Source of the DNA: Rhodosorus marinus CCMP1338
Lineage: Eukaryota; Plantae; Rhodophyta
Reading direction: 5' to 3'
Assembly: GCA_029953675.1 (NCBI GenBank)
Contig: JAMWBK010000001.1
Span: 1,260,001-1,508,000 of the forward strand
DNA: 248,000 nucleotides
The notes under the pieces were generated by a model. It saw only the letters and a program-made list of their open reading frames with translations. It was not told where the DNA came from and made no database searches. Each line of letters begins with the position of its first letter. Within the stretch, counting starts at the first letter, position 1. Of this stretch, positions 116,415 to 130,200 are shown piece by piece. Made by a program: the position numbers and the translations under genes.

Positions 116415-117535
116415 TTGACTGGACTTTACTAGCATAGCCTGAAGCGCTACGCAAGGCGTGAAGATGAACTAATAACTAGGCAGGGAAGTATGCAACCCCA
116501 GGCGCCGATGGCGCGCCTCGGAAAGCATGTGGCTGGAATATCGCCAAAGGGAGACACTTAAACGCCTCAAGAGCGCCAAATATTCAGTAGGATGCTCAGC
116601 AAAACATTTCCGCAACCACTCTAAACCCGACTTATCAACGTGACCAAAGCTTTCCACAATGAATGGCTGGAACCGGTGAGAGCGACCCTCAGCGCAAGGC
116701 AGACTGGCCATGCTCTCAGCATACCGTCGTTCCTTAACTCTTCGAAGGGCTGAAGCCGCGGCCTCCCGGCGGCGGGCGGCTGCGGTGAGGTGGGCGCTGG
116801 CCACGGGGCAGGTAATCGCAAGGTCCACATATGTTGAGCGTCTGGCAGCAGCGTCGGAGACGAGGAGATCGGCTATACAACGGGGCGGTGCAGAGTCCGA
116901 GATTGATCTGGGCAGTTCCGACTCAACCTCAACCGTATGCCCTATCCGAGTCAAAAATTCGCTGAGGATGTACTTGAGGCGAGTGTGACGCCTCGTACGG
117001 AGACCTCGCAACAGTCCGCAGGAACCCAGGAAGTGGTAGCCACAAGCGTCAACCCGGCTCTCACATCCCTGACAGAAAGACGGCCGATTAGAGTGCCACG
117101 GAGCCTGTGGCAAACCGAGATAGATCCGTGCGGCAGAACGGAACTGGAAAGCATCGAGACGATGACTCAATGACGACGGTAGAGTGGTTAACCACAAGTG
117201 CGAGAGGTGGCCTCCCATGCCGCGGAGACGAGCGGCAGTGGTAGGCGGCGTGAGAGGAGAATTGAGCATGACTGTGTGAGCGGCACTGTGTTGGCCCCAG
117301 GTGAGGCTATGTTGAATCACATCAGTGCGGGAGCTCCACAATCGGCTCAAACCCGGGTAGTCTGCAACAGGTGACCCGGGGCTAGCCTCTCCGTCATCGG
117401 CAAGAACTCGGTCGAGGGGACAATCCTCAATCGCTTCAGCTCGTCCCCATAACAGCTCCCTCCAGGAACGAAAACGGGACCGATTTGCGTCCGGCACGGC
117501 GTTGCACCTCCTGAACGCGTGTTGAAGACCATCAT
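116415..117535 (-). mobile_element. Family A 3' fragment
   Basis: ORF 116469..117497; tail gactggactttactagc. Confidence 0.92.
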
Positions 117536-120244
117536 TAGTTGACTAGATCAAAGCGGTGCTGAATACCCTCTACTAGTATCGTCCTTGGCGCCCTTCCTAA
117601 TCTTTAGCCCTAGTATTTTGTCCATTGACTGCTTGGGCTTGCGAAGAAACGAAATCGATGGTAACAACACGAAGCTTCTCATGAGCCCTCCAAAGCTCAG
117701 CAACAAGGATGACTATGTTGAGTGGAAGGAGCAAGTAGATTACGGTTGAGGTGGAATCGGAACTACCCAGATCGATCTCGGATAGGGCACCGCCCCGCTG
117801 TATCGCAGATCTCCTCGTCTCCGATGCTGCCGCCAGACGCTCAGCATATGTTGACCTCGCGATTACATGCTCTGTGGCAAGCGCCCATCTCACGGCTGCC
117901 GCCCGCCGCCGGGGAGCAGCTGCTTCGGCCCTTCGCCGCGTGAAGGAACGACGGTATGCTGAGAGTATGGCCAGCCTGCATCGCGCTGAGGGTCGCTCCC
118001 ACAGGTCCCAGCCTTTCATTGTGGAAGCTTTGGTCACGTGGAGAAGTCGGGTTTGGAGTGGTTGCGGAACCCAATGTTTCACTGGGCATCCTGTTCAATA
118101 CTTGGAACTTTTGCGGCGCTTAAGTGTCTCTGTGTGGCGATATTCGAGCAGCATGCTTGCCGAGGCACGCCATCGGCGCCTGGGTTTGCACGCTTCCCTG
118201 CCTACTTCTTAGTTCCTTTTCACGGTTTGCGTAGCGCTTTAGGCTATGCTAAGAAAGCCAGTAGATTACAGTCCGTCCCAACTAGCACATAAGGTGGTTT
118301 TCCCAGACGAAAAACACGAGTCACGGAGGCACAGGGTTATCGAACAAAACTCGTGTACCTGCCTGGCAGAGAGAGCCCTAGAGGCCGAGCCCGATCAAGT
118401 ATACAAAGAGGCCTGCGACGGCTCGCTCGGCGATCCAATGCTATGCGTAAAAAACAAACACAAAGATAGCTTTTCGACAGACTGTTTCTATGAAAAATCT
118501 TGTCTCGATCGTGAAGTCGTTTCCCAAAAGTAAATCAAACCGAGGGCGTGTAACAATAGCTGTTTGCAAACTCCCATATTTGGCCAATGCGACAACACTA
118601 AAATAAACCACTTGCAACATCCCCCAAATTTTTTTTCTGTAAAAATAACGCTGTCGAGAGTTTTTTTTTCTTTTTTTCCGGCAATACTGCTGCGTCCACC
118701 CGTCATTTTATTTTCTTTAAAAACAATTACTTTTCCTGCATTCCTGGGACAAATTTTTATTGCTAACGTAGTTCTTTTTGTCGGGCCAAGCTTAGCAAAC
118801 AATGTTCCAAGTTATATCTTTTGAGAAACAACTAATTCCTGAGAGTTTCTTTTTTTAAGATATGCGGACTAGTTTTGTCTTTGTAAACCTTTTAAATTCG
118901 CGTCCAAGATCATAGTTGTCTAAATAATTCTAAAGATTTGGAATATGTTCCGAACACTAATCCACCTGCGTGCTTATTCAGAAATTTTGTACAGGGTCTC
119001 CTTGTTAATGTGAAATTAGACCTACCTCCCAGGCCAGGTTACCATTGTTTTTTTTTGTTTAAATGGGTAAGACGCTGGTTATCATCATGTTGCTAATGCG
119101 GGTCACCTATAGGGTATCCTTGAGCTAGCCTGAGGAGACCCTAATCTTGCGTATCCCCGTTGATGATGTATCCCTAGCGCTACACTCGGTAGGTAAACTA
119201 GAGGACCACCGCTACTTCAATCTCGAACGGGTATGGTAAGCGTATGCAACACGTACCTGACTGCCGAGGGTTGATCAGCGGAGAATCCCCTGTACAGGGA
119301 GACCTGCAAGATTCTCACCTGATCGTTGCTCCCGATCCCTTACGCAGGAAGGGTCTGTGAATTTCGTAGGTTACATATCCCTAACGCTACACTCATTGAC
119401 GGAAACTATTTACTACCCGTTCCCCGCATCGGAACTTCACGTTTTTCTGCAGTCCCGTGCTTGTCAGGCAGTAAATCGAGACATCCCTCGTCCGTCACTC
119501 CACGCCCTGGTAGCTTCGATTCTGATCCTTTTATTCAGAGCCTACCCTGAGAAGCGAGAAACTTCGATTAGTGAGTGTTTTGGTTTGGTTGATCGGAAAG
119601 CCCCCAACTCCAGTGACGTATTCCCTCGAGTGCCACCATCGACTCTCCTCTCGAGGTGTATGACCTGAGTTTTCTTGTTATGTGCATGAACATCTCCCTG
119701 GATCCTGCAGCGCGCTTGGTCTATGCCTTCCACAGTATTCTCCGCTGTCCCAACAGTCTGCTAGTGAACATCAAGTCCAGACACCTCTCTGTTCCTTTTC
119801 AGTATCCTCGATACTCCCGGTCCAATAGACGCGTAACATCAGCCAAGAACAAAACCGATTCACTGATAATTTTTTTCTGGGCAGACGCAACAGAACCCAG
119901 TTCGCGACATGGATGAGCAAGGTCATTTTTAATACGAATATCCTGGCCAGGAGGTTCACGGGTCAATGTTCCGTAGGAATATTGGCAATGTGGAACAGGT
120001 CGTCATTTTCAGTTCGAACGCCGTGGCCAAGAAGTTCAGAACATCGGCCTCCACAAATGATCGCTGGAGACAATATCAATCGTGCTCGATATGCATTTAG
120101 ACAGCGTTTGAGAGTGTAGGGGATAGGGCTGGGAGGTGAAGGAGGAGGAGGGCCTTAATTTATTGGTTATCGGCAGTGTTAAGGGAGAGCTTTGCGTTCC
120201 CAAGAAGGTAGAAACTATGTCCACTTGAGTGTTCAAGGCATGAA

Positions 120245-123200
120245 GTGGGTCGACGAACGAAGCATCGAACGCGCAAGATGGGACGGGAGGTGCTTGTGCT
120301 TTTCATAGTCGCCGTGGTGGCGATGCAGTATAGGGGGGTTGGAGGAGCGCTGACGCAGGTTGATTTTGAGGATGTTTCTGTCGCGGAGGATATTCCCGGT
120401 CTTCCTACGGACTTTGCGTTCATGCCTCCCGGTCAGACGGACCGGATTTTGGTCACCGATTTTAGAGGCATGGTTCAAGTTGTTGTGAAGGGGGCAGTTC
120501 AGAAGAAACTGTTTCTGGATGAGAGGGTGTCCCAGGAGGAGCGGGATAATTTCATAGGCTACGGGAATTTTGGGGATAGAGGTATTGCACCAGAGTATCG
120601 GGCTGTCGCGGTAGATTCTGACTTTGAAAATTTTCCGTTCGTGTACTTTGCGTACATCTACTATCCCGCAACTGTGGAAGGACCAGTACAAATTCCCATG
120701 CAAGGGTTTGTGAAGCGATATAGAGTGAGCCCTGACCTCTCAGAGGTCGATCGCAGCACGGGGAAAATCATTTTTGGAAACTACGTTAACGGAAACTGTT
120801 TGGAGGTTGACGTGAAGGAGGACAACTACTGCGTAACTCGTCCGCCACATAACATGTCCGGGTTGCTGTCAGACCCGAACGGCAGACTTTGGATAACCAC
120901 AGGGGACTCTGCGTTTGTGTACGACTCTGAACGACCCTTGGCAATGAGGTCTCAGGACCTTGACTCGCTATACGGAAAAGTGCTGCGGGTGAGTCGAAAT
121001 GGGTTAGGTCTGAGCTCTAACCCGTACTACAACGGGGACCGGCGGGCAAACCGTTCAAAGGTGATGGCTTTGGGGTTGCGAAACCCATGGAATATTCACT
121101 GGGACGACGCGCTTGGAACAGCGTGGGTGTCTGATGTTGGGGAAGCATCGCTCGAGGAATTCAATCTGGTCCGGCCGCGGGCGAACTTTGAGTGGCCGTG
121201 CTTTGAGTCGGAGCTCGATCGCTTTCAGTTTGGCATCTTCCCCGAATGTGCGGACATGCTCAATGACGTGCCACCATCGTCCGGCGCCGTGTATACAGGG
121301 ACGAGAGCCGGCCCGGCGTTCAGCTACTCGCACCGAGAGGGTACTGCGAATACTGGTGTGGCTCCAGTGAACATTGAGGGATGGCCAGAAACTTTCGACC
121401 ACGGCGTGTATTTTTGTGATTATAGCGGAAATTGGATACGGTACGTCAAAGTAGACGAAGCTGGTAACGTGGTGTCGGAGGCTCTCGATTTTGCCACCGA
121501 GGTTCTCGGGCCGGTCAACATTAGAACGGGAAGTGACGGATGTCTATATTACCTGGCACTCACTGCCAGCCAGCTAGGCAAGATCTGTTACAGGGAGGAC
121601 AATTCACGGCCCGAGGTGGTTGGGATCGTACCGCCGAATGGGTTCGTGGGGGTGGCGCGGTCTGCCGTGGTTGAGGTGGCGGTAAGCAAGAAGGTGACAG
121701 CGGAGACGTCATTAGCGGCTATAACTGTGGTGGAGAGTGTATCGGGGGAAACTGTTGCCGGGTTTGTGGAGCAGGATGAGACCAGGAACATTCTAACCTT
121801 CGTACCGAGCGATCTACTGAAGGGGGACACGATGTACACGGTGACGGTTTCCGGGTTGATCGACCAGAAAGGTATTTCAATGAAGGGTGAGGAGATAGGT
121901 ACGTTTGTGACGGGCAGTGGTTTTTTACGATATCTTTCCGATCTTCCCCTGACCGTGGATCCAAGGCCGAGGCGGGTTGTGCGTGACATGGCGGAGGATG
122001 GCTTGACTCGCATCACAATCCGCGGGAAAAGGTTCAGGAAAGGTTTGAGCTTTAGCCCTGTGGTGCTGATAGATGTACAAGTCCCCAATGGATGTACGTC
122101 GATCGAAGGTTACTACGGGATTGACGACATCTCCCGCAGGATCGCGAGCGGTGCTGTTATATTTACGATTGCTGTGGACGGCACCTTTGTCTACGATTCG
122201 ACGGTGGATGGTCTCGGAATACCTAGTAGAAAGATCGACCCCGAGTTTTACTTCAGGTTGGCGGTGGAGAGTGGCAGCACCGTGACTTTGAGGGGCGACT
122301 TTGGTGACCTCGATGACATAGAAGCGATCGAGAATCGTGGAGTGTGGGCTGACGTTGCCTTCCGCTGCGGGAACTTGGATTCCAGCGCCCCAAAGGTCCA
122401 GTCGTTCGATCCCGGCAACGGCGAAACCACATCGACCAATCCTGTGATTCGTATCAGGTTCGACGAAGTCATGAACTATAACACGATCATTCAGGCGGTG
122501 AGCATCGAGTCAGTGGATGGGCGTCGTATCCCGTGGCTTCCGGTGGAGAATACCAACCCCCAAGTTTTCCTCCTCGCCGTGGAGGACCTAGAGTTCGACG
122601 AGACGTACATCGTGAGTATATCCAAGGAGGCCGCGGACGTTTCTGGGAACAGAATGGAACAAGCCGTGCAGTGGTCGTTTACGACGGAGTCACCACCGGC
122701 GAGTGGCGAGAGGCTCCAACTCGTTGGAGATCTGATACCCACGCGCTTAAACGGCGGTGTCTCCTTCGACGGATTTCCTAGGGAATTGTCACCAGGCGTG
122801 GAAGTATACAAGAATGGACTTGGCATGCAGGCAAATGCCATGGTCAGCTACGACCTGAGTGGTCTAGGGTGCCGTCGCTTAAGAGGGCGGACGGGTAAAG
122901 ACGCGACTGCGGGGGGCGATTCTGGTGCTTGTCGGCTTCAGATTTTCAGCGGTGCGAGTGAGCGTACGTCCAGAATGCGTTTGGATCGGTACCCTCGCGC
123001 TGGCAAACCATCCCGGGGGTTAAATATTGGCGTGGAAGGGGATAGGTATCTGAAGATTAAGGTCTCCGCGGGAGGAGACGATGGACGTGCTAACGACCTT
123101 TGCGATATCGGACGAGCAAGAATGGAGTGCGATGGTGATGATATTTACCTGACACGTCTCACTCCGTTGTCTAAGCGCGGAGTGGTTGAACGGAACAGGA

Positions 123201-124078
123201 GCGCGGTCCGGCTACCATTGCAGCTGCTCAGCTCTTCAATGACCTTCGATGCTGGAGTCGTGATCCCTGCCGGGGCGGAAGTTGCATATGAAATTCCTGG
123301 TCGGTGCTCGACTGTAAGCTTCACTGTAGGAGCGGGTAACGGAGCAGTTTCTGGAGATACCAAGTTGGTGACAACGGTGGACGGGCAGACTGTTTGTACC
123401 GAGCAGAACTTTGTACACCGCGACGGAGCGAGGACGTTTTCGTGCAACGTTGAAGGAGGGGAGGAGCTCAAACTGGAGGCCATCAGAGGAGAGACTGGCG
123501 GCGCCATTGTCGTGGGGGAGGCCGAGCTGGACTGTGCAGTGGGAACTCGAAAACCGGTCTGTGAGATAATCTCGCTCCCCACCAGCTTTCGAGTCGGCGA
123601 CAAGGTCGAATATAGAGGACAAGGCTACCGCTTCAACGGTGAAGAGTTACCTGCGAGTGCTCTCAGCTGGGAACTAACGCTTGTGCACTGTGAGCCGGAG
123701 TGTCATGATCATCCGCAAGACATTGTAGAAGGCAGGAAGAGGGGAAGCTACCACGTCCCTGACCACGGGGACTACTTCTTCGTCAAGATCGACTGCATAG
123801 TGAATGATGGAGGTGAGGTTTCGAGGATGTCGAGGAGCGTTCTTCCAGATACGGCATTGATAACGGTGGAATCCAGGCCTATCGGAAAGCTCGCCACAGT
123901 CGATGGCACAAACGGCGAGACGCCGCTCTCAAAGACAGTGGTTGTGGGCGCGACATTCACCGTGGACGCCGACCCCGTAGCATTCAGAAGCTGGTCACAT
124001 GACAAAACTCTCGGAGCAACCTTTGAATACACTCTTGAAGACCAAAACCCCGTCGTATTTGACGCCAGGTACAACTGA
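120245..124078 (+). CDS. Secreted GSDH-Ig-NPCBM protein, copy 4
   Basis: Likely start MGREVLVLFIVAVVAMQ; propeller nearly identical to copy 3. Confidence 0.88.
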   Translation: MGRRTKHRTRKMGREVLVLFIVAVVAMQYRGVGGALTQVDFEDVSVAEDIPGLPTDFAFMPPGQTDRILVTDFRGMVQVVVKGAVQKKLFLDERVSQEERDNFIGYGNFGDRGIAPEYRAVAVDSDFENFPFVYFAYIYYPATVEGPVQIPMQGFVKRYRVSPDLSEVDRSTGKIIFGNYVNGNCLEVDVKEDNYCVTRPPHNMSGLLSDPNGRLWITTGDSAFVYDSERPLAMRSQDLDSLYGKVLRVSRNGLGLSSNPYYNGDRRANRSKVMALGLRNPWNIHWDDALGTAWVSDVGEASLEEFNLVRPRANFEWPCFESELDRFQFGIFPECADMLNDVPPSSGAVYTGTRAGPAFSYSHREGTANTGVAPVNIEGWPETFDHGVYFCDYSGNWIRYVKVDEAGNVVSEALDFATEVLGPVNIRTGSDGCLYYLALTASQLGKICYREDNSRPEVVGIVPPNGFVGVARSAVVEVAVSKKVTAETSLAAITVVESVSGETVAGFVEQDETRNILTFVPSDLLKGDTMYTVTVSGLIDQKGISMKGEEIGTFVTGSGFLRYLSDLPLTVDPRPRRVVRDMAEDGLTRITIRGKRFRKGLSFSPVVLIDVQVPNGCTSIEGYYGIDDISRRIASGAVIFTIAVDGTFVYDSTVDGLGIPSRKIDPEFYFRLAVESGSTVTLRGDFGDLDDIEAIENRGVWADVAFRCGNLDSSAPKVQSFDPGNGETTSTNPVIRIRFDEVMNYNTIIQAVSIESVDGRRIPWLPVENTNPQVFLLAVEDLEFDETYIVSISKEAADVSGNRMEQAVQWSFTTESPPASGERLQLVGDLIPTRLNGGVSFDGFPRELSPGVEVYKNGLGMQANAMVSYDLSGLGCRRLRGRTGKDATAGGDSGACRLQIFSGASERTSRMRLDRYPRAGKPSRGLNIGVEGDRYLKIKVSAGGDDGRANDLCDIGRARMECDGDDIYLTRLTPLSKRGVVERNRSAVRLPLQLLSSSMTFDAGVVIPAGAEVAYEIPGRCSTVSFTVGAGNGAVSGDTKLVTTVDGQTVCTEQNFVHRDGARTFSCNVEGGEELKLEAIRGETGGAIVVGEAELDCAVGTRKPVCEIISLPTSFRVGDKVEYRGQGYRFNGEELPASALSWELTLVHCEPECHDHPQDIVEGRKRGSYHVPDHGDYFFVKIDCIVNDGGEVSRMSRSVLPDTALITVESRPIGKLATVDGTNGETPLSKTVVVGATFTVDADPVAFRSWSHDKTLGATFEYTLEDQNPVVFDARYN

Positions 124079-127000
124079 GGGAGAGCATGGAACCGGTGTC
124101 TCCCAACATTATTCTTCTGCTGCTTGATTGGTCGTAATAAAATTAAATCAGTATGTAAGCTTTATAATTGGATATAATAGACCTATATCATGATGTAAGC
124201 TTTTTATTGGCTAATTCGAATACGGCGCTGGATATCGCAAAATGCATACAGCGACTGTGAAACGGAATCAAGGGTACACAAGCCGCGCAAGAAATGTTGT
124301 TTTGCTGCAACGAGACAGGTTCTCATTTTCCTTGATGAATCCCTAAGAATTCCGCGTTGCTGGGGTTGCTTTTGTTGGAACTGGAAGTTCTTTCATATTT
124401 GTTAAGGTGTCTTGGATTCCAAGCGCCTTCTCCCGAGGCCTTTTCCGGCTGCCTCGCCTTGGCCTTGCGCTCAAGATTCCTTCAGGCAATTGGATTGTGT
124501 AAGGCCAGTCCTCCACAGCTACTCCAGACTGATAAAGCATCATACTCATTAACTGTAAAATTAATGAGTTGGCTCTCTCAGCAATCCCATTTCTCTCTGG
124601 CGAGCAAAGTGCTCATGATCCCATTCTATTCCATAAGATTTGCTCTTAGATCTCAGACTTCATGTATTTCATGAAGTTTTCCTCTCTGCTCAAGTTTCCG
124701 GAATTCCGACTAGGACTTGTGCCTTTTTCTTCCGCGCTCACCCTTTCTCTTCCGTCCCTTTAGCCAGACCAGCTCATCACTTCGGATGGCACACTTTCAA
124801 CAAACATTCACATGTTCAGGACTCTACAAGTCCGTATCAGGCACTTGCTCTTCCGGTCATATCGGACCTCTGCCATGGCTTGGGGTTTTCGAATTCGGGG
124901 TTTCGCGCAGGACTTTTCCGACTCGTAGCAAACAATCCGGCTGCACGAGCCCTTGCAGAACTTCCATTGTGCAAGTGTCGCCATTGGAACGGTAACAAAA
125001 CTCTCACATTCTTGTCCAAGTACTTCGTCTTTGGTTCATGTTCTCTGCCTAGCACAGTCTTTGTCTTCTTCCTCCATGCGCCATTGCAGTCTTGCTTCGC
125101 CTGAGTTCGTAAGCTCTCTGCGCCCGGTTAGCTGTCATTATCATGCTCAATTGCTCTCCACGAAACCTCCACATCCCGTTCTTCGCTTCGGTACAAGGAG
125201 CTGGACGAGGTCCTCCTTTGCAACGGACTTCCCCAAACCATTAACCTTCTCTATAATCCAGTTCATCCTCATCTTCTTACTTCACGCGGCTCCCGGACGG
125301 TGAGCTGGGCTCATAACCTGTTGGGACTGGAAGTTCTTACAAAGCTATAGAGACCCATGGAGGCGAATCATAACCTTTGAGCAAGTTTGAGCCAGACCGT
125401 CTATATCCTTTTATCTCACTTACTTCACTCCTAGCTTCCCATCCTAATCGTGGGGAATCCACAACTTGTATAGGTATTAGCTCATTAGCGAACTCAAGGA
125501 AGGAAGATGTCAAAGCTTGGCTTCGCATTCAAGAAAACTTGTTTCTACAATCCCAATACATGCAATTCTCATTCTCGCACTGTCTGAGCTACACACAAAA
125601 TGTTAGCCATGACCCCAACTACAATACACAATCCCCCTGGTCCCAGGGGGGGAGGGTGGGGGAAGACTCGAAATCTTTCAGAATTTTAACGATTGGTGAT
125701 GGGCTTAGTCGGAGGCTGCAAAAACACCCCGAGGAGAAAGAAAAAGGCTACTGCAGGCGAAGATCACGCGCCTCCAACATCGAAGCAGCATTCATACGCT
125801 CCAACGGGAAACTCAAACGGGTTTACAACGAGTTAGTCCGCGGGAACTAACGGAATCCATAATCTCAAAACACTCAATTACAAAAGATACCAGACGATGC
125901 CCTAAATTGGAAGTGGCGGTGAGAAAATTCAGTCAGTATTCAGTGATTGACTTAGGATCAATCAATCAATGTTCCTTTTTCATCGAATTGATCCGCATTT
126001 TTGTCCGCCATTTTTGTTTTTCTTAATAGGATTGGAAGAATGACCACTTCCCACGGTGGAGGGCAAAACCAAAAATAAAGAAAATGCAGTTCTGTTTTAA
126101 GGTATATAGGCTAGTTTTGTCCTGGAAAATCCCTTCAGTTCGATCCTAAGGGACGATTTCTACAATGATTGGGCCCAAATGTAGGTCCTAAGTTTAGACT
126201 GGCTGTCGGATTTTTCTCAACCAGTTTTTGGAAAATTTTCCTCTGGTCAAGGCTCATGTTTGTTTTTTGTTTTCTGGTTCCGATGTAACTAAATGTTTAC
126301 TTGTTCGGAGACTTCCCAACAAACGGTATTTCAATCCGAAACGGCATGCGGTGCATGGCGCCTCCGACGCGTCTCTCTCTTGAGGAGTTTGATCAGCTTG
126401 CGGAAACCCTACACAGGATCTACAGTGTGTGCGCGAAGGAGACTCTATTCCCCTACCCGGAAAAATGCTTGGGAAGGTCCGCCCTCCTTCCGGTTCCTAT
126501 TATGCCGCATCCAGGCAGCTCCACGAAACGCAAAAGCAAACAAAAAAAAGAAGAATTTGGTACGTCTGATTCTCTACGCCAACTGGACGACGACATTTGC
126601 TAACTGCTGCGATGCAAAATCAACTTTTCCAAACATCGCCGAATCAGAAAATTCAAAAGAAACGTGCTTGCCAAAGAACATGTCGAGACATTCCAATGTT
126701 ACTTCAGATATACCCACCCTGAGGTCTGGCCCGGGTTTTTAGGTGCGGGGCAGGAGAAGGGACGTTTTTTGGTCTGATTAAACTGGCCAAGGAGGTTCTT
126801 CAGCCAATGTTCTCAACGGAACATCGGCCTCAAGATGTGAGCTTTGGAGAAACTCCACGGGTTTTTGTGTTTTTCTGAAGTAAAACTCTGGCCAAACTGT
126901 CACCCAATGTCCCCTTCCCCTAATGTCATTCATACTCCCGATGAGTATCTCCACGCGAGAAAAGATTTTCATCATGAAAACACCATTTATGACTTTTTTT

Positions 127001-127296
127001 CCCGGGCCAAAACCCTAGCCACTGTCAATGGCGTTAAATGGAAACGTCGTTTTTCGGAAGGAAATTCTGGTCAGGAGGACCAGGAATCCCAACTGGATTT
127101 CAAAGAGTATAATCACGGAGTTCAGAGTGTTTCTAAGGAATATTTGAGAGGAAAGAAGGAAGGAGACTGGTTGCGGGTGGGAAGGGAGGGCGAGGGGGAG
127201 GGGAGAGAGGGGAAGGATGTGATCAGGATCCAATTCCTCTGATTTGAGGAGGATTCAATGGTTTTGGGAGTTTTTAAGCGCTTGGCGATATAATGT

Positions 127297-130200
127297 TTGG
127301 GAGTGGTGAGAGCTGTGAGAGTTTGTGGTTGCGGATTTTGTGAACTGAATATGGGGAGTGGAGTGTTGCTCTTATTGGTTGTGGCTTCGCTGGCTTGCAA
127401 GCAGGCAGTAGTCGGAGCAGCGCTGACGAGGGTAGATTTTAGGGATCTTCCTGTCGCGGAGGATATTCCTGGACTTCCGACCGACTTTGACTTTTTGCCT
127501 CATGGTCAGACGGACCGGATTTTGGTGTCGGGGTACAGAGGCCTGGTGCAGGTTGTCTTGAAGGGGGTGGTCCAGAAAAAGCTGTTTCTGGACAATACAG
127601 TTCCCCAGGAGGTTCGGGACAAATTCACTGGGCACTCCAAGCTCCTCGATAGAGGCCTTGCACACGAGTATCGAGCAGTCGCGATAGATGCGGACTTTGA
127701 TCATAATCCGTACGTGTACTTTTCGTACGTACTCTACCCGGAAAGGGTAGAAGGAATTGCTCCCCAGGGATTTGTCAGTCGATATCGCGTGAGCGATGAC
127801 CTCACAGAGGCCGTCATCAGCTCAGAGACTGTCATTCTGGGAAGCTACGTGAATGGAGATTGCAGAAACGTAACCTCGAGTGAGGACAATATTTGCATAA
127901 CGCGTGGGGCACATACCATGGGCGGGTTATTCACAGATCCCGAGGGCAACGTGTGGATATCAATAGGAGACTCTGCTTTTGCCGCCGATTATGACCGACC
128001 GAACGCGATGAGATGCCAGGACATTGACTCCCTGTACGGGAAAGTCTTGAGGGTAGACCGGAACGGGAAGGGTCTGCCAGGCAACCCATATTACAACGGC
128101 GATCGGGAGGCGAACCGGTCAAAAGTGATTTCTTCGGGTCTACGCAACCCATGGAACATTCACTGGGACGCCGAGCTCAGCACCGCCTGGCTGGCTGATA
128201 CTGGCGAGTCAACGCTTGAGGAGTTCAACCTGGTTGAATTTGGGGGGAATTACGAGTGGCCTTGCAAGGAGTCCTATCTCGATCGCTTTCAGTTTGGCGT
128301 CTTCCCTGAATGTGCGGACATCCTCGGTGCCGTTCCACCATCGTCCAGACCCGCATATACAGGTAGAAGAGTCAGCGCAGCATTCAGCTACCACCACACG
128401 GAGGGTACTGCTGTGACGGCAGCCCTGAAGGTGAACATCGCGGACTGGCCAGAAGAATTCCAGAACGGTGTGTACTTCAGCGACTATACTGGAAACTGGA
128501 TAAAGTACGTTAAGATAGATCGCACAGGCAAGGTAGTCTCCGAGGCTTTCGACTTTGCCTCCGAGGTACCGGGCCCGGTCAATATCAGAATCGGTAGCAA
128601 TGCGTGTTTGTACTACTTGGCGCTTACTGCGAGTCAGCTGGGTCGGATCTGTTACCACGAGAATAATTCACCTCCGGTCGTCACTGGTCTAGTCCCTCCG
128701 AACGGCTTCAAGGATGCGGCTCGGTCGACCTTGATCGAGGTCGCGGTAAGCAAGAAGGTCACACCTGTATCCGCATGGGTGGCCATTACCGTGGAAGAGA
128801 CGGTATCGGGCAATGTCGTCGCCGGATCTGTGGAGCAGGATGATTTGAGGAATGTGCTTACTTTCGTACCGAACGCGATGCTGAAGGGGGCCACGAGGTA
128901 TACCGTGACCGTTTCTGGGCTTGTGGATTTCAAAGGAAAGCGCATGGTGGGGTCGGAGAGAAGCATATTCAAGACGGGCGAAGGTTTCCTCCAATACGTC
129001 TCCGACCTTCCGTTGGATGTAGAGCCACGTTTGGAAAGGGTTGCCCTGGACACAGCGTATGATCTAGTGACGCCCATCAAGATACGCGGGCGGCGTTTCA
129101 GGAAGGGCCTGAGCTTCACCCCATCGGTTCTGATAGATGTCAAAGTTCCCGAGGGATGTACGTCGGTGGATGGTTACTATGGGATGGAGGATCTTGCCTT
129201 TAGGATTACACGCGGCGCTATTATCTTTACGATCTTTGCGGACGGTACCCTTGTCTACGATTCAACCGTGGATGGTCTCAGAATTCCAAGTAGAAAGATC
129301 GACCCCGAGTACTTCTTTCGGTTGGACGTCAAGAGTGGAAGTACACTGACGTTTAGAGGCGACAAAGGAGACCCGGAAGGACCACTTAACAAGGATAATC
129401 GTGCGGTGTGGGCCGACCTTAGGTTCCGCTGCGGTGATTTAGATGCGACGTCTCCGAGGGTAGAGTCGTTTGAGCCGCACGAGGGCGAGATTACATCGAT
129501 CGACACCATGATTCGCATCACGTTCGACGAGGTCATGAACTTCAACACAATCATTCAGGCTGTAAGCATCAAATCAGCTGCTGGTCGTCGCATCCCCTGG
129601 CTTGCGATTGAACAGAGCAACCCTCAGCTATTCGTGCTCGCGGTAGAGGACCTGGAGTTCGACACAAGGTACGTGGTGAGCATATCTAAAGTAGCTACGG
129701 ACGTTTCCAGGAACCCGTTGGAAGCGGAAGTGGTGTGGTCATTTACGACGGAGTCACCGGCAGCCAGTGGCGAGATTCTCCGATTCGTGCGAGATTTGAT
129801 ACCCCACCGCTCAACAGGTGGCGTATCCTCCGACGGATTTCCGAGAAGTTTCAGTCCTGGAGTTCAAGTATACGACAAAGGTCTTGGTATGCGCGCAAAC
129901 TCCATGGTAAGCTACGACCTGAGCGGTCTAGGTTGTACTCGCTTCAGGGGGCGCACGGGTAGAGACGCGGCCGCGGGAGGCGATGCCGGTAGCTGCCGGC
130001 TTCAAATTTTCAGTGGTCCGAGCGCAAAAACGTCCACAAGGCGTGTGGACAGGTACCACCGAGCAGCTGAGCCTTCCGTTGCACTGGATTTTGACTTGCA
130101 AGGGGATAAGTACCTCGCGTTTAAGGTTTCTGCAGGTGGGGATGGCGGCAGAGCCAGAGACTTTTGTGACATCGCTGGAACGAGGTTGAAATGTGACAAG

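Noticed and set aside
124300-125500. Possible decayed transposase
   Set aside because: No diagnostic motif recognisable in any frame
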